NCBI RefSeq assembly: GCF_947568905.1
Contig: NC_079170.1
Coordinates: forward strand, 36,332,001 to 36,396,000
Source of the DNA: Ostrea edulis
Taxonomy: Eukaryota
DNA: 64,000 bases
Direction: 5' to 3'
Translations under genes and position numbers: made by a program
Shown: piece by piece, positions 61,357-64,000 of the stretch
Numbering within the stretch: position 1 is the first letter of the stretch
Layout of the letters: every line of letters starts with the position of its first letter
The notes under the pieces: model-generated
Database searches by the model: none
Told to the model about the DNA's origin: nothing
What the model saw: only the letters and a program-made list of their open reading frames with translations

Positions 61357-62164
61357 TTACCTTGATAATGGTAATTAATTTAATCGTATTCAAAAAATAT
61401 ACATGTTGTGATCTCGTCCTTCAGGAGAAGGATAAGCTGCTATCCCATCATTCCTTAGTTCATAATGATTATAGATAATGAGATGTTGGCTTTTTTCGAA
61501 TCGTTTTGGATGTCACAGACCAGAATTTTTCAAAACAAAATTTTGATACCCGGGAACAATTCAGTAGTATGAAATTCAGCATTAGCTGCTCAAGTCCTAC
61601 TTATCGATTGTTATATAAAACTCACCACTAATGTATTAAAATTCATCACAAGGGATATCGTCATGAAATTTTTGTCTTACTAAAATTTGACACGTCTATT
61701 CTATATTTCTATAGAATAGAGAGGGTCAGTTTGTGAAGTTGTAATTTTCACATTAGAATTTCTTTTGTTTATATATATACATATACATGTATATAAACAA
61801 TGGATGAGACATTATTTTATGGAAGTTAATAATTCATTGCGAAGAATGATACGTATTTTGCATAAAATTAAAATTGGAGGTGATCGTTTTCATTCTTAGA
61901 TTTATTTTTCGTCTTTGTTATCATGTTCCAGCATTTGAAACACTTATCAGAATCAAAGTAATTTCTATGTCGTAGCTTACAGCTAATGCCCCTATAACAA
62001 ATGTTCTTCCATTGCGTGGTCAGTGTGATAAAACGCTTGACCATTTAGAAATGTTTGAAGTCTTACTAATACCATGACGAGGGAAATCTCTCTAAGCGGT
62101 CATTCGCAACACAGTCACTGAGGAAGGAAACGTAAAACAGCAATCTGACACAAACAGAACGTTA

Positions 62165-63585
62165 TTGATCTGTGTCAACAGTCCATCTCACTGTTACTGA
62201 GTCATAATCAACAGTCAATCTCACTATTACAGAGAGTTAGAGATCTCTGTCAACAGTCCATCTCACTACTACAGAGTTAGAGATCTCTGTCAACATGCAG
62301 TCAATCTCACTATTACAGAGTCATAATCAACAGAGTTAGAGATCTCTGTCAACAGTCCATCTCACTATTACAGAGTTAGAGATTTCTGTCAACAGTCCAT
62401 CTCACTATTACAGAGTTAGAGATCTCTGTCAACAGTCCATCTCACTATTACAGAGTTAGAGATCTCTGTCAACGATCCATCTCACTATTACAGAGTTAGA
62501 GATCTCTATCAACGATCCATCTCACTATTACAGAGTTAGAGATCTCTGTCAACAGTCCATATCACTATTACAGAGTTAGAGGTCTCTGTCAACATGCAGT
62601 CAATCTCACTATTACAGAGTTAGAGATCTGTCAACAGTCATCTCACTATTACAGAGTTAGAGATCTCTGTCAACAGTCATCTCACTGTTACAGGGTTAGA
62701 GATCTCTGTCAACAGTCCATCTCACTATTACAGGGTTAGAGATCTCTGTCAACAGTCCATCTCACTATTACAGAGTTAGAGATCTCTGTCAACGGTCCAT
62801 CTCACTATTACAGAGTTAGAGATCTCTGTCAACGATCCATCTCAATATTACAGAGTTAGAGATCTCTGTCAACAGTCCATCTCACTACTACAGAGTTAGA
62901 GATCTCTGTCAACATGCAGTCAATCTCACTATTACAGAGTCATAATCAACAGAGTTAGAGATCTCTGTCAATGATCCATCTCACCATTACAGAGTTAGAG
63001 ATCTCTGTCAACAGTCCATCTCACTATTACAGAGTTGGAGATCTCTGTCAACAGTCCATCTCACTATTACAAAGTTAGAGATCTCTGTCAACAGTCCATC
63101 TCACTATTACAGAGTTAGAGATCTCTGTCAACAGTCCATCTCACTATTACAGAGTTAGAGATCTCTGTCAATGGTCCATCTCACTATTACAGAGTTAGAG
63201 ATCTCTGTCAACAGTCATCTCACTATTACAGAGTTAGAGATCTCTGTCAACAGTCCATCTCACTGTTACAGAGTTAGAGACCTCTGTCAATGGTCCATCT
63301 CACTATCACAGAGTAAGAGATCTCTGTCAACAGTCCATCTCACTATTACAGAGTTAGAGATCTCTGTCAATGGTCCATCTCACTATTACAGAGTTAGAGA
63401 TCTCTGTCAACGGTCCATCTCACTATTACAGAGTTAGAGATCTCTGTCAACGGTCCATCTCACTATTACAAACTTAGAGATCTTTGTCAACAGTCAATCT
63501 CACTATTACAGAGTTAGAGATCTCTGTCAACAGTCAATCTCACTATTAGAGTTAGAGATCTCTGTCAACAGTCCATCTCACTGAC
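62165..63585. repeat. 39-bp minisatellite, about 35 copies with recurrent variant units
   Basis: CTCTGTCAACAGTCCATCTCACTATTACAGAGTTAGAGAT. Variants ATGCAGTCAATC and GAGTCATAATCAAC recur. Confidence 0.92.
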
Positions 63586-64000
63586 ATTTCTCCAGTTTGT
63601 TTGAACATAAGACTATTCATTACGACTCTCCTCTAAGAAATGCAATCAGACCAAACACAGTTAAACAACCACCATGTTTCAACTGCCTTAAGTACACTGG
63701 TTCTCAGAAATATAAAAAAGTAGCACATGCAAACAACCTTTAATTATGAAAATGTGTCCATGACGATAATATTGCACAAATATTTCATGACATCAGAAAG
63801 TACTGAATAATATAATTAACATAGGATTATATTAAAGAAAAACAAACATGTCTATAAAAATTAAATTTTTCCAATGATCTTTTAAAATAAAACATTCCTT
63901 TTGACCCGGTTCTTTTGTGTTGATACACATATGGAATTTCTTTGTGTAATTTGATATATATACTCCAACATATATATTTGCATATACAAAGCTCCAACTA

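Noticed and set aside
62165-63585. CRISPR-like appearance of this and other regular arrays
   Set aside because: The units are contiguous with no unique spacers, there are no cas genes, and the context is a spliced eukaryotic locus.

Overview
AT-rich, intron-rich metazoan genomic DNA. The repeat families and TRIM/NHL-type genes look like a bivalve (oyster-like); this is an inference. By hand I built six protein-coding models from GT-AG junctions whose phases chain consistently: (1) the 5' ~1,760 codons (37 exons) of CFAP54 on the minus strand, running off the left edge; (2) a coiled-coil + NHL-propeller (TRIM-like) gene nested antisense in a CFAP54 intron; (3) an intron-poor ABCF1 head-to-head with CFAP54; (4) a 4-exon PIERCE1-family ciliary gene that the ORF track mostly misses; (5) an NHL-only gene; (6) a single-exon ZBED1/DREF-like hAT-derived gene with altered catalytic motifs. 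The rest is MITEs with clear TSDs, SINE-like elements, LINE/Penelope-like fragments, small hairpin elements and minisatellites. The most striking pattern is that most minisatellites in CFAP54 are tandem copies of the gene's own splice junctions, so many exons are flanked by arrays of duplicate donors or acceptors. All family names come from motif recognition, not database searches.
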